Shown: positions 22,833-34,646 of the stretch, in pieces
Layout: each line of letters opens with the position of its first letter
How positions within the stretch are numbered: the first letter of the stretch is position 1
NCBI GenBank assembly: GCA_002698665.1
Contig: NZZP01000036.1
Span: 5,125 to 69,124 of the forward strand
Source: Gammaproteobacteria bacterium
GTDB lineage: Bacteria > Pseudomonadota > Gammaproteobacteria > GCA-002705445 > GCA-002716945
DNA length: 64,000 nt
Direction of reading: 5' to 3'
The notes under the pieces: generated by a model
Database searches by the model: none
What the model was told of the DNA's origin: nothing
The model's input: the letters and a program-made list of their open reading frames with translations, nothing else
Translations under genes and position numbers: made by a program

Positions 22833-24833
22833 ATGCCTATTGATAAAAATAGAATTAGAAAGAAAATAGTTTCACTCATAGAGAAGATTAATCAACATAA
22901 TTACTATTATCATACATTAGACCAGCCTCAAATATCAGATAATGAATATGATAATATATACCTTCAGCTTAAATCGCTAGAATCTAAATATCCAGATTTA
23001 GTAGAATCTCATTCTCCTACACAACGCGTGGGTAGTAAGTTATTAAATACATTTAATAAAGTACATCATGAACATGCTATGCTTTCTCTAACTAATGCAT
23101 CTAACGATATGGAATTTGAAAATTTCTATGCAAAATTATTTGACGAAATTGAAAGTGACCAGATAGCTCTTTATGCAGAACCTAAATTTGATGGATTAGC
23201 TATTAGTATTACTTATTTAGACGGTATATACACATCAGCAGTTACACGTGGAGACGGACAAACTGGTGAAGATGTAACAGCAAATATACGTACAATAAAA
23301 ACTCTGCCATTAAAACTAAAATCTAAAAACCCACCAAAAAAACTGATACTAAGAGCTGAAGTTTTTATGAATATTTCTGATTTTGAATCACTTAATAGAC
23401 AATTATTAAAAAATAAAGAAAAAACATTTGCTAATCCAAGAAATGTAGCAGCTGGTTCTATCAGACAATTGGATCCTAAAATAACATCTAGCAGAAATCT
23501 TCAAATAATCTTCCATGGCGTTGTTAGCACTAGCAGTAATAATCATGCTTGTCATTCTGAATCTCTTAATTATATTAAAGATTTAGGGTTACCTATCTCA
23601 AGCCTTAATGATATTGTCATGAGTCTTGCTCAAGCTAAAAAATATATTATCAATATTAATAATTTACGTGACAACCTCCCATATGAAATAGATGGAATTG
23701 TATTTAAGATAGATGATTATAGTTATCGTATTAGAATAGGTTCGACATCTAAGGCACCAAAATGGGCTATAGCTTATAAATTTATATCAGCAGAAGCAAA
23801 AACTAAGCTCGAAAATGTAATATTTCAAGTTGGAAGAACAGGAACAATAACACCTGTTGCAATTTTAAGCTCAATTAATATTGGTGGCGTTACAGTTTCT
23901 AGGGCAAGCTTACATAACATGGATGAAATTCAAAAAAAAGATATTAGAATTAATGATATTGTTTATGTGAAAAGGGCAGGGGATGTAATCCCAGAAATTG
24001 ATAGAGTATGTTTTGAGGAAAGACATAACTCAAAAAAAATAGTTCCTCCAAAAATATGTCCAGCATGTAAAACTCCATTACTAAAAGTATCACAACAATC
24101 AATATATAGATGTCCCAATACAATAGGTTGTAAACCTCAAATAATTCAAACAATTGAACACTTCACATCTCGTAAAGCTATGAATATTTCAGGTCTTGGT
24201 GAGAGTATAATTGAATCACTTGTTGATAACTCATATGTAAAAAATTACTCAGATTTATATAAATTGAATCAAGTAGATATCATGAAACTAGACAGGCTAG
24301 CAGAAAAATCATCAAAAAATATTATTGATTCCATTAATAGCTCTAAAATAGTAGATTTTGATCGTTTTATTTATGCTCTTGGAATAAAAGAGGTTGGAAC
24401 GACCACAGCTAAAATATTATCTAAAAAATATAATGCTTTAAATAAATTAATGTCTGCTGATAAGCAAAGCCTTGAATGTATTAATGATATTGGACCTATT
24501 GTTGGTGATAACATATTTAATTTTTTTCAGTTAAAAAGAAATATAGTAATCATAGACTCTCTATTGTCTAGTGGTGTAACTATCAAATATCATCAAACGA
24601 AAAAAAATAAAAATATTATCAATAAGAAGTTTGTTATAACAGGATCTTTTGCTAATTATACGAGATTAGAGCTTGAAAAAATTATTGATAATTATGGCGG
24701 TAATATATCTAATTCTATATCTAAAAAAACTAATGTGCTTATAGTCGGCAATAATCCTGGTTCAAAATATAAAAAAGCATTAGATTTGGGTATTAAGATT
24801 ATAAACGAAAAAGAGCTTTCTAAGATTCTCTAA
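22833..24833 (+). CDS. ligA: NAD-dependent DNA ligase LigA
   Basis: Adenylation-domain motifs (EPKFDGLAI with the active-site Lys), OB fold, Zn finger (CPACKTPL...C), HhH repeats and a C-terminal BRCT domain. Confidence 0.9.
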   Translation: MPIDKNRIRKKIVSLIEKINQHNYYYHTLDQPQISDNEYDNIYLQLKSLESKYPDLVESHSPTQRVGSKLLNTFNKVHHEHAMLSLTNASNDMEFENFYAKLFDEIESDQIALYAEPKFDGLAISITYLDGIYTSAVTRGDGQTGEDVTANIRTIKTLPLKLKSKNPPKKLILRAEVFMNISDFESLNRQLLKNKEKTFANPRNVAAGSIRQLDPKITSSRNLQIIFHGVVSTSSNNHACHSESLNYIKDLGLPISSLNDIVMSLAQAKKYIININNLRDNLPYEIDGIVFKIDDYSYRIRIGSTSKAPKWAIAYKFISAEAKTKLENVIFQVGRTGTITPVAILSSINIGGVTVSRASLHNMDEIQKKDIRINDIVYVKRAGDVIPEIDRVCFEERHNSKKIVPPKICPACKTPLLKVSQQSIYRCPNTIGCKPQIIQTIEHFTSRKAMNISGLGESIIESLVDNSYVKNYSDLYKLNQVDIMKLDRLAEKSSKNIIDSINSSKIVDFDRFIYALGIKEVGTTTAKILSKKYNALNKLMSADKQSLECINDIGPIVGDNIFNFFQLKRNIVIIDSLLSSGVTIKYHQTKKNKNIINKKFVITGSFANYTRLELEKIIDNYGGNISNSISKKTNVLIVGNNPGSKYKKALDLGIKIINEKELSKIL

Positions 24834-25632
24834 GTAACTCGTTAATACTTACTTTTGATCGAGTTTTTTCATCAACTTTTTTAACTATAACTGCACAATA
24901 CAAACTGTACTTGCCGTTTTTTGAGGGAATTGAGCCTGAAACAACTACTGAACCTTCGGGTATTACCCCATATGATACTGTATCATTTTCTCTATCATAT
25001 ATTTTTGTACTCTGACCGATATATACACCCATCGATATAACTGAGTTTTTTTTAACTATAACCCCCTCAACGATTTCAGATCTGGCACCTATAAAACAAT
25101 TATCTTCTATAATTGTTGGATTAGCCTGCAATGGCTCCAAGACGCCTCCAATACCAACACCACCTGATAGATGAACATTTTTGCCTATTTGAGCGCATGA
25201 CCCAACAGTTGCCCACGTATCTACCATTGTCCCATCATCCACATAGGCACCAATATTAATAAATGAAGGCATTAGAACTACATTTTTTCCTTGATATGTT
25301 CCCTCTCTTGCTATTGCTTGAGGCACAATTCTTATATTATTTTTTTTTAAATAAGATTCATCAATATCTTTGAATCTTGAACCTAATTTATCATAAAACT
25401 TAGTATAATTAGTCTCTATGATAGAATTGCTTCTTATCTTAAAAGAAACTAATATAGCTTTCTTTATCCATTGATGAACTACCCAGTCACCGTTAATATA
25501 TTCTGCAACCCTTAGTTTTCCGTCATTCAAAGACACAAGAGTATCTTCAACAGCATTCGTAACATCAGCAATGTTTATATTCGTCATATTTGAATCAAAT
25601 GCTTTTTCAATAATCTCTTTATTTATGCTCAT
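24820..25632 (-). CDS. dapD: 2,3,4,5-tetrahydropyridine-2,6-dicarboxylate N-succinyltransferase
   Basis: Very high identity to E. coli DapD ([66 protein letters not shown]). Confidence 0.9.
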   Translation of the reverse strand: MSINKEIIEKAFDSNMTNINIADVTNAVEDTLVSLNDGKLRVAEYINGDWVVHQWIKKAILVSFKIRSNSIIETNYTKFYDKLGSRFKDIDESYLKKNNIRIVPQAIAREGTYQGKNVVLMPSFINIGAYVDDGTMVDTWATVGSCAQIGKNVHLSGGVGIGGVLEPLQANPTIIEDNCFIGARSEIVEGVIVKKNSVISMGVYIGQSTKIYDRENDTVSYGVIPEGSVVVSGSIPSKNGKYSLYCAVIVKKVDEKTRSKVSINELLRES

Positions 25633-27026
25633 AATGTATTAGGAATAATTTCATTTTTATTATCTTCTAAAATCTCATCTTGAGAATCTAAGAATACAAG
25701 TATATCATAATATTGTCTAATATTTTGAACATACTTAACTGTTTCCCATCCTCTAGCATATCCATATTTAGTTTTTTTATAAAACTTAGACTGACTTAAT
25801 TTTAATAAGTATGGTTCTATCTCAGACCAATTTTTTATTATAATATTATCTTGATTAGCTAATATAATGGCATCATTGATATGCCCAAGGCCAATGTTAT
25901 ATGCGCCTATTGCAAACCATATTTTCTCTTTAGGATTTATATTATCAGGTATTTTTTTCAATAGTTTATTTAGATATTTAGCACCACCATTAATACTCTG
26001 AATAGGATTAGTTCTATCTTCTATACCTAGTTCTCGAGATGTATCTTTTGTTAACATCATAAGGCCACGGACTCCCGTATATGAAACAGCATCTTTGTTC
26101 CATCTTGATTCCTGATATCCTATGCTAGCAAGTAGTCTCCAATCATGGTTATATTGTTTTGAATATTTTTTAAAATAAAATTCATATAAAGGAAATATAT
26201 TAACTAAATCATTGATAAAGCTTTTTGAGCCTACAAAAGAATAATTTAATTTATCACTAAAATGGTTTTGATGAATTAAACTAATTTTATTAGTCTTTAA
26301 CATTTCTGTAAAAAACTCAGATATTTTATTCTTTATACCTGAGCCTGTATCTCTAGGTAATGCCCATGTTATAGGAGAATCTGTTTTGATTTGAAATGCA
26401 ATTTTTATTTCTGGGAAGTATTTTTGATATATCATAAGTTCATCAGAATTAAGGATTGTATATTTAACTTCACCTACCCTAAGAGCATTGATGATTGCAT
26501 CAATATTTTTCTCATAATTAATCTCAATCTTTGTTGATGCTATGTCATATTCTAATAAAGACTTTGTTATGATGGGCGAATTAATTATCTCTATAGAATT
26601 ATTTTTTATGTTTTCTTTGTTAGCTGGTTTATTACTATATATAGAATTATATACAATATAAAGATTTACTTTGTTATAAACATAAGACAAATTTACATTC
26701 TCGTATACACCATAATCTGCAAGTATGTCAACTTTTCTTGTATTTAAATATGATAAAGCTTTTTCAGTGTTATCTATAGGATGAATTATCAGATCTACTC
26801 CTAAGTATTTAGCAAACTCTTTTGTTATATTGTATGTATAGCCAATATTTTTATTTTTAATCTGATAATAGCTTGTTGGTCCGAATCTAATAGCTATATT
26901 AATTTGGTTATTTTTTTTTATTCGTTTTAAATCATTTTGATAAAACGGATGATAATTATTGATTACATACAAAAATGCACTGACTACAATAGCGATTATA
27001 AAAATTCTAATAACAAATTTTAACAT
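25629..27026 (-). CDS. mltF: Membrane-bound lytic murein transglycosylase F-like (solute-binding-like domain plus SLT domain)
   Basis: C-terminal SLT/goose-lysozyme-like motif ([26 protein letters not shown]) preceded by a periplasmic-binding-protein-like domain and an N-terminal signal anchor. Confidence 0.75.
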   Translation of the reverse strand: MLKFVIRIFIIAIVVSAFLYVINNYHPFYQNDLKRIKKNNQINIAIRFGPTSYYQIKNKNIGYTYNITKEFAKYLGVDLIIHPIDNTEKALSYLNTRKVDILADYGVYENVNLSYVYNKVNLYIVYNSIYSNKPANKENIKNNSIEIINSPIITKSLLEYDIASTKIEINYEKNIDAIINALRVGEVKYTILNSDELMIYQKYFPEIKIAFQIKTDSPITWALPRDTGSGIKNKISEFFTEMLKTNKISLIHQNHFSDKLNYSFVGSKSFINDLVNIFPLYEFYFKKYSKQYNHDWRLLASIGYQESRWNKDAVSYTGVRGLMMLTKDTSRELGIEDRTNPIQSINGGAKYLNKLLKKIPDNINPKEKIWFAIGAYNIGLGHINDAIILANQDNIIIKNWSEIEPYLLKLSQSKFYKKTKYGYARGWETVKYVQNIRQYYDILVFLDSQDEILEDNKNEIIPNTL

Positions 27027-28849
27027 TATCCATTTGTATTAATATTATTAGAATTTTTTTTATTATTACTATTACGATTTGAGTAATTTTTCTTTTTATT
27101 AAAAGACTTATACTTATTATATTTATAGTTTCCCTTACTATATCTTCTATTATTATTTTTAGTATATTTCTTTTTTTGTTTACTCCCAAATATATTCTTG
27201 ATTATATCAAAAAGACGTTTTACAACTGACTTATTAATTTTCTTATAATTATCTCTTGGATTTGAGACAGGTTTAGGAGGTACTGATTTTGGAGTAACAG
27301 CCTTAACAATTGCTTCTTCAAAATGAGAGCTAGTTTCATTAAGCGTCTTTGTATCTTTTTGGTTATTTTTATTTAACGAAGCCTTAAATTCATTTGCATC
27401 TAAATTTGCTTTATCAATATGATAGTTTGCGCCTTCTATAGAATTATCTGGCACTATTTTGATATTAATTTTTTGTCTTTCTTCTATACCCCGAATCAGA
27501 TCTTTTTTTTCATTCAACAAGTATGTAGCTAGTCTTACTGGTAAGTATACCGTCAATGCTTTTTCAGTTTTCATTGCTTGCTCTTCGAGTATTCTCACTA
27601 GATTTATCGATAATGTTGAAAGAGATTTAATTTCACCTGAACCACCGCAAGTTGGACAAACTTGGCTTGTATTATCTACAATTGATGATTTAAGTTTTTG
27701 ACGTGATATTTCCATAAGTCCAAACTTTGATATTCTGCTAAATTGAATCTTAGCTTTATCAATTTTTGCCATTTCTGCCATCTTCTTGCTAACTTGCTTC
27801 TGTGAACTAATCGACAACATATCTATAAAATCAACTACTATTAGCCCGCCAATATCACGCAGTCTTAATTGAGTGGCTAAAGAAACAGCAGCTTCAATAT
27901 TTGTATTTAGAGCAGTTTCTTCAATATCTCCTCCTTTTGTTGATTTAGCTGAGTTCACATCTATGCTCGTTAATGCCTCAGTAGTGTCGAATATAATGTT
28001 TCCTCCAGATGGCAATGTAATTTTCCTTCTGTAAACACTTTGTACTTGTGTCTCAATACCAAAATTGCTGAATATTGGTACAGGTTTGCTATGCCTGAGA
28101 GTTTTTACATCTGAATGAGGTATAAAATGCTTCTTCGCATTAACAAAATCATCATGAAACTTCTCATCATCAATAATAATCTCATTAATAGTTTCATCTA
28201 TATAATCTCGAACAACCCTCGCCAACATACTACTTTCCTCATATATCAAGAAAGGTGATTTTTTTAAAACAGAACTCTCAAGAATAGATTCATAAATTTG
28301 TACAAGATAATTCATGTCCCATTCTAATGTTTCTTTATTTATATCTAATGCAGATGTCCTTAATATAATGCTCATGCCATCAGGTATTCTTATACTACTG
28401 ATTAGTTTTTTAGCGGCAATTCTGTCATTACCTTCCAGTCTTCTGGAGACTCCGCCTGTATTGGGGTTTTTTGGTAACAAAACTAGATATTTTCCAGCAA
28501 GACTTAAGTATGTCGTTAAAGCAGCTCCTTTTGTGCCTCGCTCTTCTTTATCTACCTGAACAACTACTTCTTTCCCAAATTCAATACAGTCTCTTGAGGT
28601 TTTAGGTTTACCTTGTGTGAATATTTCATGGGAAATTTCCTTAAAAGGCAGGAATCCATGTCTGGACCGCCCAAAGTTTACAAATGCCGCTTCTAAACTA
28701 GGTTCTACCCTAGATATTGTCCCCTTGTATATATTTGATTTTATGTTTTTTGATGGAAGATCTATGTCTAATTCCAAAAGCTTGTTGTTTTCCACAATAG
28801 CAAGCCTGACCTCTTCTCTCTGAGAGGCGTTTATTAATATTTGCTTCAT
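27026..28849 (-). CDS. rne: Ribonuclease E (short form, 607 aa)
   Basis: N-terminal S1 and catalytic domain aligns with E. coli RNase E (MKQILINASQREEVRLAIV, EAAFVNFG). Zn-link CPTCGG is present. It has a short K/N/R-rich C-terminal tail and is divergent from rluC, as in E. coli. Confidence 0.8.
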   Translation of the reverse strand: MKQILINASQREEVRLAIVENNKLLELDIDLPSKNIKSNIYKGTISRVEPSLEAAFVNFGRSRHGFLPFKEISHEIFTQGKPKTSRDCIEFGKEVVVQVDKEERGTKGAALTTYLSLAGKYLVLLPKNPNTGGVSRRLEGNDRIAAKKLISSIRIPDGMSIILRTSALDINKETLEWDMNYLVQIYESILESSVLKKSPFLIYEESSMLARVVRDYIDETINEIIIDDEKFHDDFVNAKKHFIPHSDVKTLRHSKPVPIFSNFGIETQVQSVYRRKITLPSGGNIIFDTTEALTSIDVNSAKSTKGGDIEETALNTNIEAAVSLATQLRLRDIGGLIVVDFIDMLSISSQKQVSKKMAEMAKIDKAKIQFSRISKFGLMEISRQKLKSSIVDNTSQVCPTCGGSGEIKSLSTLSINLVRILEEQAMKTEKALTVYLPVRLATYLLNEKKDLIRGIEERQKINIKIVPDNSIEGANYHIDKANLDANEFKASLNKNNQKDTKTLNETSSHFEEAIVKAVTPKSVPPKPVSNPRDNYKKINKSVVKRLFDIIKNIFGSKQKKKYTKNNNRRYSKGNYKYNKYKSFNKKKNYSNRNSNNKKNSNNINTNG

Positions 28850-29086
28850 TATAAATCCTGTAATTCATTCGCTTTTATCGATTTTTCTCTTATTTTGTAA
28901 AAATACTTATTATATTCGTCTTACTTTTTTTATTGTTACTGCTTAAGTTCAATTTCTTAATCCACTGCTTAGTGGGATATTTGTTTTTTATCAACGCTTT
29001 AGCCATATTATTGACTAATTTCATTAAACAATATAAAAATCTTTGAATTAATATATCAATGATTTACACTATCTTCAAATACTATC

Positions 29087-30019
29087 GTGTCAAATTCTAA
29101 TAAAATCAGTGTACGAAAAATTAAAATATTGTCTAATCAGCAAGGACAAAGGTTAGATAATTACCTCCGTAAACTCCTCACAGGTGTCCCTAATAGCCTA
29201 ATCTATAAGATTATAAGGGATGGTCAAGTCAGGGTAAATAGTTCTAGAGTTAAGCCGCTTTATCGACTACAACAAAATGATTTATTACGTATACCTCCTG
29301 TATCAGTTGACTTGAAACAAAAATCAGTTTCAAGGTTTCTTGTTAAGGACTTAAAAAAATTTATCTTAGTAGAAAATGATGATTTTATAATTATAAATAA
29401 ACCGCCGGGCATATCAGTACATTCTGGGACAAACATAAAGAATGACATTATATCTACTCTTAAAACCTTAGAAGAATATAAGTCTGTAACATTGGTTCAT
29501 AGGTTAGATAAAAATACTAGCGGATGTCTTATATTGGCGAAACATTATCAGGCGGCATCTGATTTAGGCAAGATTTTTCAATCAGGCAATGTAGAAAAAA
29601 ACTATTTATCATTGTTATCTGGTGAACTCAGTGGGGATAAAATTGCAGTAGATCACTCACTAATCAGGAACAAGCTTAATAATGCGCCTTCTGTGAGTGT
29701 ATCAAGCTCAGGTAAGCACGCTTTATCTTATATAACTCTGATTAAACAATTTAAACAGTGTTGTCTAGTAGATATAAAAATTGAGACAGGTAGAATGCAT
29801 CAAATAAGAGTTCATGCATTAAGCATAAGTCAACCAGTATGCGGGGATACAAAATATGGAAATATTGAAATTAATGAAGAAATGAGAAAAAAAGGATTAA
29901 AAAGAATTTTTTTACATGCTAAGAAATTGTCTTTTTTTTATAAAAAACAATATATTGTTGAATCTCCTACACCCGAAGACTTAAGCTTGGTTATTGATAA
30001 TCTTAAGAATGAAATATAA
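29087..30019 (+). CDS. rluC: 23S rRNA pseudouridine synthase RluC (RluA family with N-terminal S4 domain)
   Basis: S4 domain followed by the RluA catalytic motif (HRLDKNTSGCLILAK). Divergent from rne. Confidence 0.8.
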   Translation: MSNSNKISVRKIKILSNQQGQRLDNYLRKLLTGVPNSLIYKIIRDGQVRVNSSRVKPLYRLQQNDLLRIPPVSVDLKQKSVSRFLVKDLKKFILVENDDFIIINKPPGISVHSGTNIKNDIISTLKTLEEYKSVTLVHRLDKNTSGCLILAKHYQAASDLGKIFQSGNVEKNYLSLLSGELSGDKIAVDHSLIRNKLNNAPSVSVSSSGKHALSYITLIKQFKQCCLVDIKIETGRMHQIRVHALSISQPVCGDTKYGNIEINEEMRKKGLKRIFLHAKKLSFFYKKQYIVESPTPEDLSLVIDNLKNEI

Positions 30020-30040
30020 TATGATACTAAATGATAAGGA

Positions 30041-30937
30041 TTGCAAATGGATGATAACAAGATACTGCAGGATTTAATAAATACGCTTATTGAGGATAAA
30101 AGATCTGAGAGAAGATATAAGCTTATTGGTAGGATATTATTCTTATCTATTGTATTACTCTTCATATACTTTGCTTCAATATCAAGCTCTAAATTAACCA
30201 CACCGCATACAGCCATTATTGAAATTAATGGAGTAATTGCAGCAGGTGGACCAGTTAACGTAAAGAAAATTCTTCCATTAATTGAAAATGCTGTTGATAA
30301 TGATTTATGTAATGGGGTTATTTTAAAAATAAATAGTCCTGGAGGTAGTGCAACACAATCTAAGATTATATATGATGAAATAGTTAAAATTAGGAATACA
30401 ACCTCTAAGAAAATTATTTCAGTCATTGAAGATGTAGGGGCGTCTGGTGGATATTATATCGCAGCCAGCAGTGAAGAGATATTTTCTAGTCCTTCTAGTA
30501 TAGTTGGATCTATCGGTGTAAGGATTGACAGTTTTAATATACAATCTCTTATGTCGAAACTTGGAATAGAGCCACAAATATTATCTTCTGGTAAAGATAA
30601 AACAATTTTAGACCCATTTACTAGACTATCAGACAAGCATAGAAAACATCTTCAGATTTTATTACAGGATATACATACTCAATTTATATCGGATATTGAA
30701 ATATCACGAAAAGACAAAATCACTACCAATGTATATACAGGCCTTTTTTGGACAGGAAATGAGGCATTGAAAATTGGTCTCGTAGATAAAATTGGTTCAA
30801 TATATGATGCTAATAAAGAAATATTTAACGACAACCCAATGGTTACATATAATAGAAAAGAGAATTTATTAACTGATATTCTTAATACATCTCTATTTAA
30901 TTCTGATTACACTAATAATATATCCATAAGATATTAA
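30041..30937 (+). CDS. sppA: Signal peptide peptidase SppA, 36K type (S49 family)
   Basis: N-terminal TM anchor and S49 motifs (INSPGGSA, GASGGYYIAA). Confidence 0.75.
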   Translation: MQMDDNKILQDLINTLIEDKRSERRYKLIGRILFLSIVLLFIYFASISSSKLTTPHTAIIEINGVIAAGGPVNVKKILPLIENAVDNDLCNGVILKINSPGGSATQSKIIYDEIVKIRNTTSKKIISVIEDVGASGGYYIAASSEEIFSSPSSIVGSIGVRIDSFNIQSLMSKLGIEPQILSSGKDKTILDPFTRLSDKHRKHLQILLQDIHTQFISDIEISRKDKITTNVYTGLFWTGNEALKIGLVDKIGSIYDANKEIFNDNPMVTYNRKENLLTDILNTSLFNSDYTNNISIRY

Positions 30938-30940
30938 AAA

Positions 30941-31837
30941 ATGTCTTACAAACTATTTACTAAAAAGAAGATTAATCAACATCTTGTTGAATTCAAGGTA
31001 AATAATCTATCTAATCGGTATAGTGAGCACATTATCAATATAATAGAAGACTCACATACACACAAATACTCATATGGTAAATCATTAATTATTGGTGGAG
31101 CTGAAGGTTACTTCGGCGCAATTATCATAGCTAGTAGAGCAGCATTATCATCAGGTTCACGTTATATTGAAGTTATGTCTACACAATCACATGCATCAAG
31201 TTTAGCTATACACCAGCCAGAATTAATTTCATCATATAAATTAGAATCTATTGAGTTAGAAAAATATAAAAATATTTTAATTGGTCCAGGCTTATCACAG
31301 AATGCTTGGTCTGAGAATATATCAGAAAGTTTATTTAATTATATTTCTAAGGCCAGCAAAAATATTAACATTATTTTAGATGCTGGAATGTTACATTATC
31401 TTTCATTAAATAATATGCGAAATGATAGATGGATTTTAACCCCTCATACTGGTGAGGCAGCAAAACTTTTAGATATATCCTCTAAAGAAATAGAGTCTAA
31501 TAGACAAAAAGCTATTATTCAAATTCAGGAAAAATATGGTGGTATAATTATTTTGAAAGGGCATGAAACTTTAGTTAGAACAGATACTACAACTTACATG
31601 TGCAAGCACGGTAATAGTAGTATGGGAACGGCTGGGATGGGAGATTGCTTATCTGGCATAATTCTTTCGTTGACAAGTATGGCGATAAAAGAGGATTATA
31701 TAAATGCAACATTATTTGCAGTAGGCGCCCACTCTTTTATTGGTGATGTGATTAGAGAAAAATTAGGCGGGGTCGGTCTTCTAGCATCAAATGTGATTGA
31801 TGAGACAAAAATTTTTATGAACAAATATCGATCGTAA
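30941..31837 (+). CDS. nnrD: ADP-dependent NAD(P)H-hydrate dehydratase (YjeF C-terminal domain only)
   Basis: YjeF-C carbohydrate-kinase-like fold motifs (GKSLIIGGAEGYFGAIIIASRAALSSG, GDCLSG). No YjeF-N epimerase domain is attached. Confidence 0.7.
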   Translation: MSYKLFTKKKINQHLVEFKVNNLSNRYSEHIINIIEDSHTHKYSYGKSLIIGGAEGYFGAIIIASRAALSSGSRYIEVMSTQSHASSLAIHQPELISSYKLESIELEKYKNILIGPGLSQNAWSENISESLFNYISKASKNINIILDAGMLHYLSLNNMRNDRWILTPHTGEAAKLLDISSKEIESNRQKAIIQIQEKYGGIIILKGHETLVRTDTTTYMCKHGNSSMGTAGMGDCLSGIILSLTSMAIKEDYINATLFAVGAHSFIGDVIREKLGGVGLLASNVIDETKIFMNKYRS

Positions 31838-31844
31838 TGAAAAA

Positions 31845-32273
31845 ATGTATAACAAGAAGATAAAGTACTATCATATTTCTAATATATCATCATACCATAA
31901 GATTTTTCCTATTATACAGAATCATAATTTATCTCAAAATATTATTTTTTTAAGAGGAAATATTGGAGCTGGTAAAACCTCATTTGTTAGAGAGTTTGTC
32001 GCTAATCTGAATGTTAAATGTGATATATCAAGCCCTACTTTCACACTAATAAATGAATACAAAAATGATGATATAAATATTTATCATTATGATTTATATA
32101 GAGTGGAAAATAATCATGAATTATTTGAAATCGGAATTGATTATTATTTTTCTCAAGATGGATATCATTTTATTGAATGGCCTGAAAAATTTATCTCATT
32201 TTTACCAAGACCACATATTGAAATAAATTTTAAAATTATGGAAGATTCTAGATTGCTGAGCATATACACATAA
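31845..32273 (+). CDS. tsaE: tRNA threonylcarbamoyladenosine biosynthesis protein TsaE
   Basis: P-loop GNIGAGKTSFVR and a conserved YHYDLYR segment. It follows nnr, as in E. coli yjeF-yjeE. Confidence 0.8.
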   Translation: MYNKKIKYYHISNISSYHKIFPIIQNHNLSQNIIFLRGNIGAGKTSFVREFVANLNVKCDISSPTFTLINEYKNDDINIYHYDLYRVENNHELFEIGIDYYFSQDGYHFIEWPEKFISFLPRPHIEINFKIMEDSRLLSIYT

Positions 32274-33211
32274 TGTCACTAGATCGAACATTAATAGCTC
32301 TTATTGGCCCAACAGCGACAGGTAAATCTCAACTTGCCCTAGAATTATATAATAAATATCCAGTAGAAATTGTTAGCGTAGATTCTGCGATGATATATAG
32401 AGGACTCAATATCGGCACAGATAAACCAGACAACAAAATTCTGAGTAATATTAAACACCATCTAATTAACATTAGAGACCCTTATGAGACATATAATATA
32501 GGTGATTTTTTTTCTGATATTAAATCTGTTCTTTCAACTATCCATAGTAAAAAAAAAATACCTTTGCTTGTTGGTGGCTCCTTAATGTATTTTAATCAGC
32601 TTTTTACTGGCATATCATCTCTTCCAGAGAAGAGTATATCTGATAGAAAATTGATAAATAAATTATTAGAAAACTATGATTGTAATCAACTACATTCATG
32701 TTTGCAAAATATAGATATTGAATCATATAAACGTATCGATAAAAATGATCGTCAGAGAATAGAGCGTGCATTAGAAGTCTATATGATTACTGGTATGCCA
32801 ATGTCAAAATTACTTAATCAAAAAACTAACATTCTTAAGAATTATAATATTTTACTTATAAAACTTTTTTCTAATGATAGATCGATAATTCATCAGAAAA
32901 TAGAAAAAAGGGTAGACAAAATGTTAGCAAATGGACTTGTTGACGAAGTTAAAGGGCTAATTGATAAGTTTTCTCTAAATGATCAAATGCAGTCAATGAA
33001 ATGTATTGGTTATAGACATGTATTTGAATATTTATCACAAAAACAAAAATCAGAGGAATTAAGAGATAAATGTATTTTTTCTACTAGACAACTAGCAAAA
33101 AGACAGATTACTTGGCTGAAGCAATTTAATCATGGTTATCCAGTTGACATTTCTACAAATACATTACAAAAATCATGCAAATTTATCGACAAGAATTTGC
33201 ATTTTATTTAA
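32273..33211 (+). CDS. miaA: tRNA dimethylallyltransferase
   Basis: N-terminal P-loop (IALIGPTATGKSQLALEL) and the conserved DSAMIYRGLNIGT motif. It sits upstream of hfq. Confidence 0.9.
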   Translation: MSLDRTLIALIGPTATGKSQLALELYNKYPVEIVSVDSAMIYRGLNIGTDKPDNKILSNIKHHLINIRDPYETYNIGDFFSDIKSVLSTIHSKKKIPLLVGGSLMYFNQLFTGISSLPEKSISDRKLINKLLENYDCNQLHSCLQNIDIESYKRIDKNDRQRIERALEVYMITGMPMSKLLNQKTNILKNYNILLIKLFSNDRSIIHQKIEKRVDKMLANGLVDEVKGLIDKFSLNDQMQSMKCIGYRHVFEYLSQKQKSEELRDKCIFSTRQLAKRQITWLKQFNHGYPVDISTNTLQKSCKFIDKNLHFI

Positions 33212-33258
33212 ATAGTGTCAATATTACATAACTAGGATGAATTCGAATCAGGTTTTTT

Positions 33259-33477
33259 ATGCAGGACAATCTTCAAGATAAATTCTTAAATAAACTAAGA
33301 AAAGAAAAGATTATGATATCTGTTTTTTTGATAAATGGTATTAAATTAGATGGTATTGTTGAGGCATTTGACCCTTATACAATCCTTTTAAAGAGCAAGA
33401 CCACACAAAGTATTTATAAGCATGCAATATCAACTATAGTACCTCACCAACATGTTAAATTAGAAATTGATGACTAA
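33259..33477 (+). CDS. hfq: RNA chaperone Hfq
   Basis: Sm1/Sm2 motifs almost identical to E. coli Hfq ([22 protein letters not shown] ... [10 protein letters not shown]). Confidence 0.9.
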   Translation: MQDNLQDKFLNKLRKEKIMISVFLINGIKLDGIVEAFDPYTILLKSKTTQSIYKHAISTIVPHQHVKLEIDD

Positions 33478-33515
33478 AGTACTTTATAATACTATAATGT
33501 CCTAGGAGCATAAAA

Positions 33516-34646
33516 ATGGCATGGAATGAACCTGGTGGTAATAAGGACCCTTGGGGAAGAAAACCACAAACAAAAAATGAGTTAGATAATCTTCTTAAAG
33601 ATTTCAATAAGTTCTTCAAGAAGGTACTAGGTGGCGGGTCAAGTGGAGATGGCACTGGGCCTACTAAGCGTAATACCTCTATTTTAGTTGCCTCAATACT
33701 TGTGATATATTTTCTAAGCGGGATTTACATCGTAAATGATGGCGAAAGAGGAGTAGTTCTCCAGTTTGGAGAGTTCCATTCGATTACAACTCCTGGCCCT
33801 CATTGGGTGCCCAGAATTGTACGTAGTTATGAGATTGTTGATGTCTCAAAAATTAGATCTGTACAACAAAAAGCAGTAATGCTGACAGAAGATGAAAATA
33901 TTGTAAGCGTGAACTTTGCTGTTCAATATGATGTTAAAGATGCTAGTAATTTTATTTTTAACTTACGAGACCCTGATGAAACTCTAAGTGCTGCTGCTGA
34001 AAGTGCAATAAGAGAGGTTCTGGGTAAAAATAAAATGGATTTTGTTATTACTGAAGGAAGAGAATCTATAGCACAATCTACCCAAATTTTACTTCAGACT
34101 GTATTAGATAGTTATCAGTCAGGCATAAATGTCCAAACTGTCAATATTTTGGAAGCACAACCACCTGAACAGGTGCAAGATGCCTTCTCCGATGCAATTA
34201 GAGCTAGAGAAGACGAACAGAGATACATCAACGAAGCTGAAGCTTATAGGAATGAAATTATACCTCTAGCTCGTGGTAAGGCTAAACAAATCATAGAAGA
34301 AGCCAAAGCCTATCAAGTTAAACTAATAAAGTCTGCTGAAGGTGAAGCATTACGATTTACAAAGCTTTTTGAAGAATATCAAAAAGCACCAGAAGTGACA
34401 AGAGAGAGATTATATTTAGAATCTGTTGAATCTGTTTTGGGTAGTTCTACTAAAGTCATGATTGACCTTGATGGAGGAAATAATTTACTTTATCTTCCAT
34501 TAGATAAAATATTAGAGCCAAGATTATCTGAAAAGAGCACAAATCAATCTGCTAAAACTGATGATTCTACAAATACTCTCGCTGATAAAATAAGACAATC
34601 CAGAGATAGCTTTAATTCTAGAAAGAGGAGCCTCTACAATGAATAA
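33516..34646 (+). CDS. hflK: FtsH protease modulator HflK
   Basis: SPFH/band-7 domain protein with an N-terminal TM. hflK-hflC pair downstream of hfq. Confidence 0.85.
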   Translation: MAWNEPGGNKDPWGRKPQTKNELDNLLKDFNKFFKKVLGGGSSGDGTGPTKRNTSILVASILVIYFLSGIYIVNDGERGVVLQFGEFHSITTPGPHWVPRIVRSYEIVDVSKIRSVQQKAVMLTEDENIVSVNFAVQYDVKDASNFIFNLRDPDETLSAAAESAIREVLGKNKMDFVITEGRESIAQSTQILLQTVLDSYQSGINVQTVNILEAQPPEQVQDAFSDAIRAREDEQRYINEAEAYRNEIIPLARGKAKQIIEEAKAYQVKLIKSAEGEALRFTKLFEEYQKAPEVTRERLYLESVESVLGSSTKVMIDLDGGNNLLYLPLDKILEPRLSEKSTNQSAKTDDSTNTLADKIRQSRDSFNSRKRSLYNE

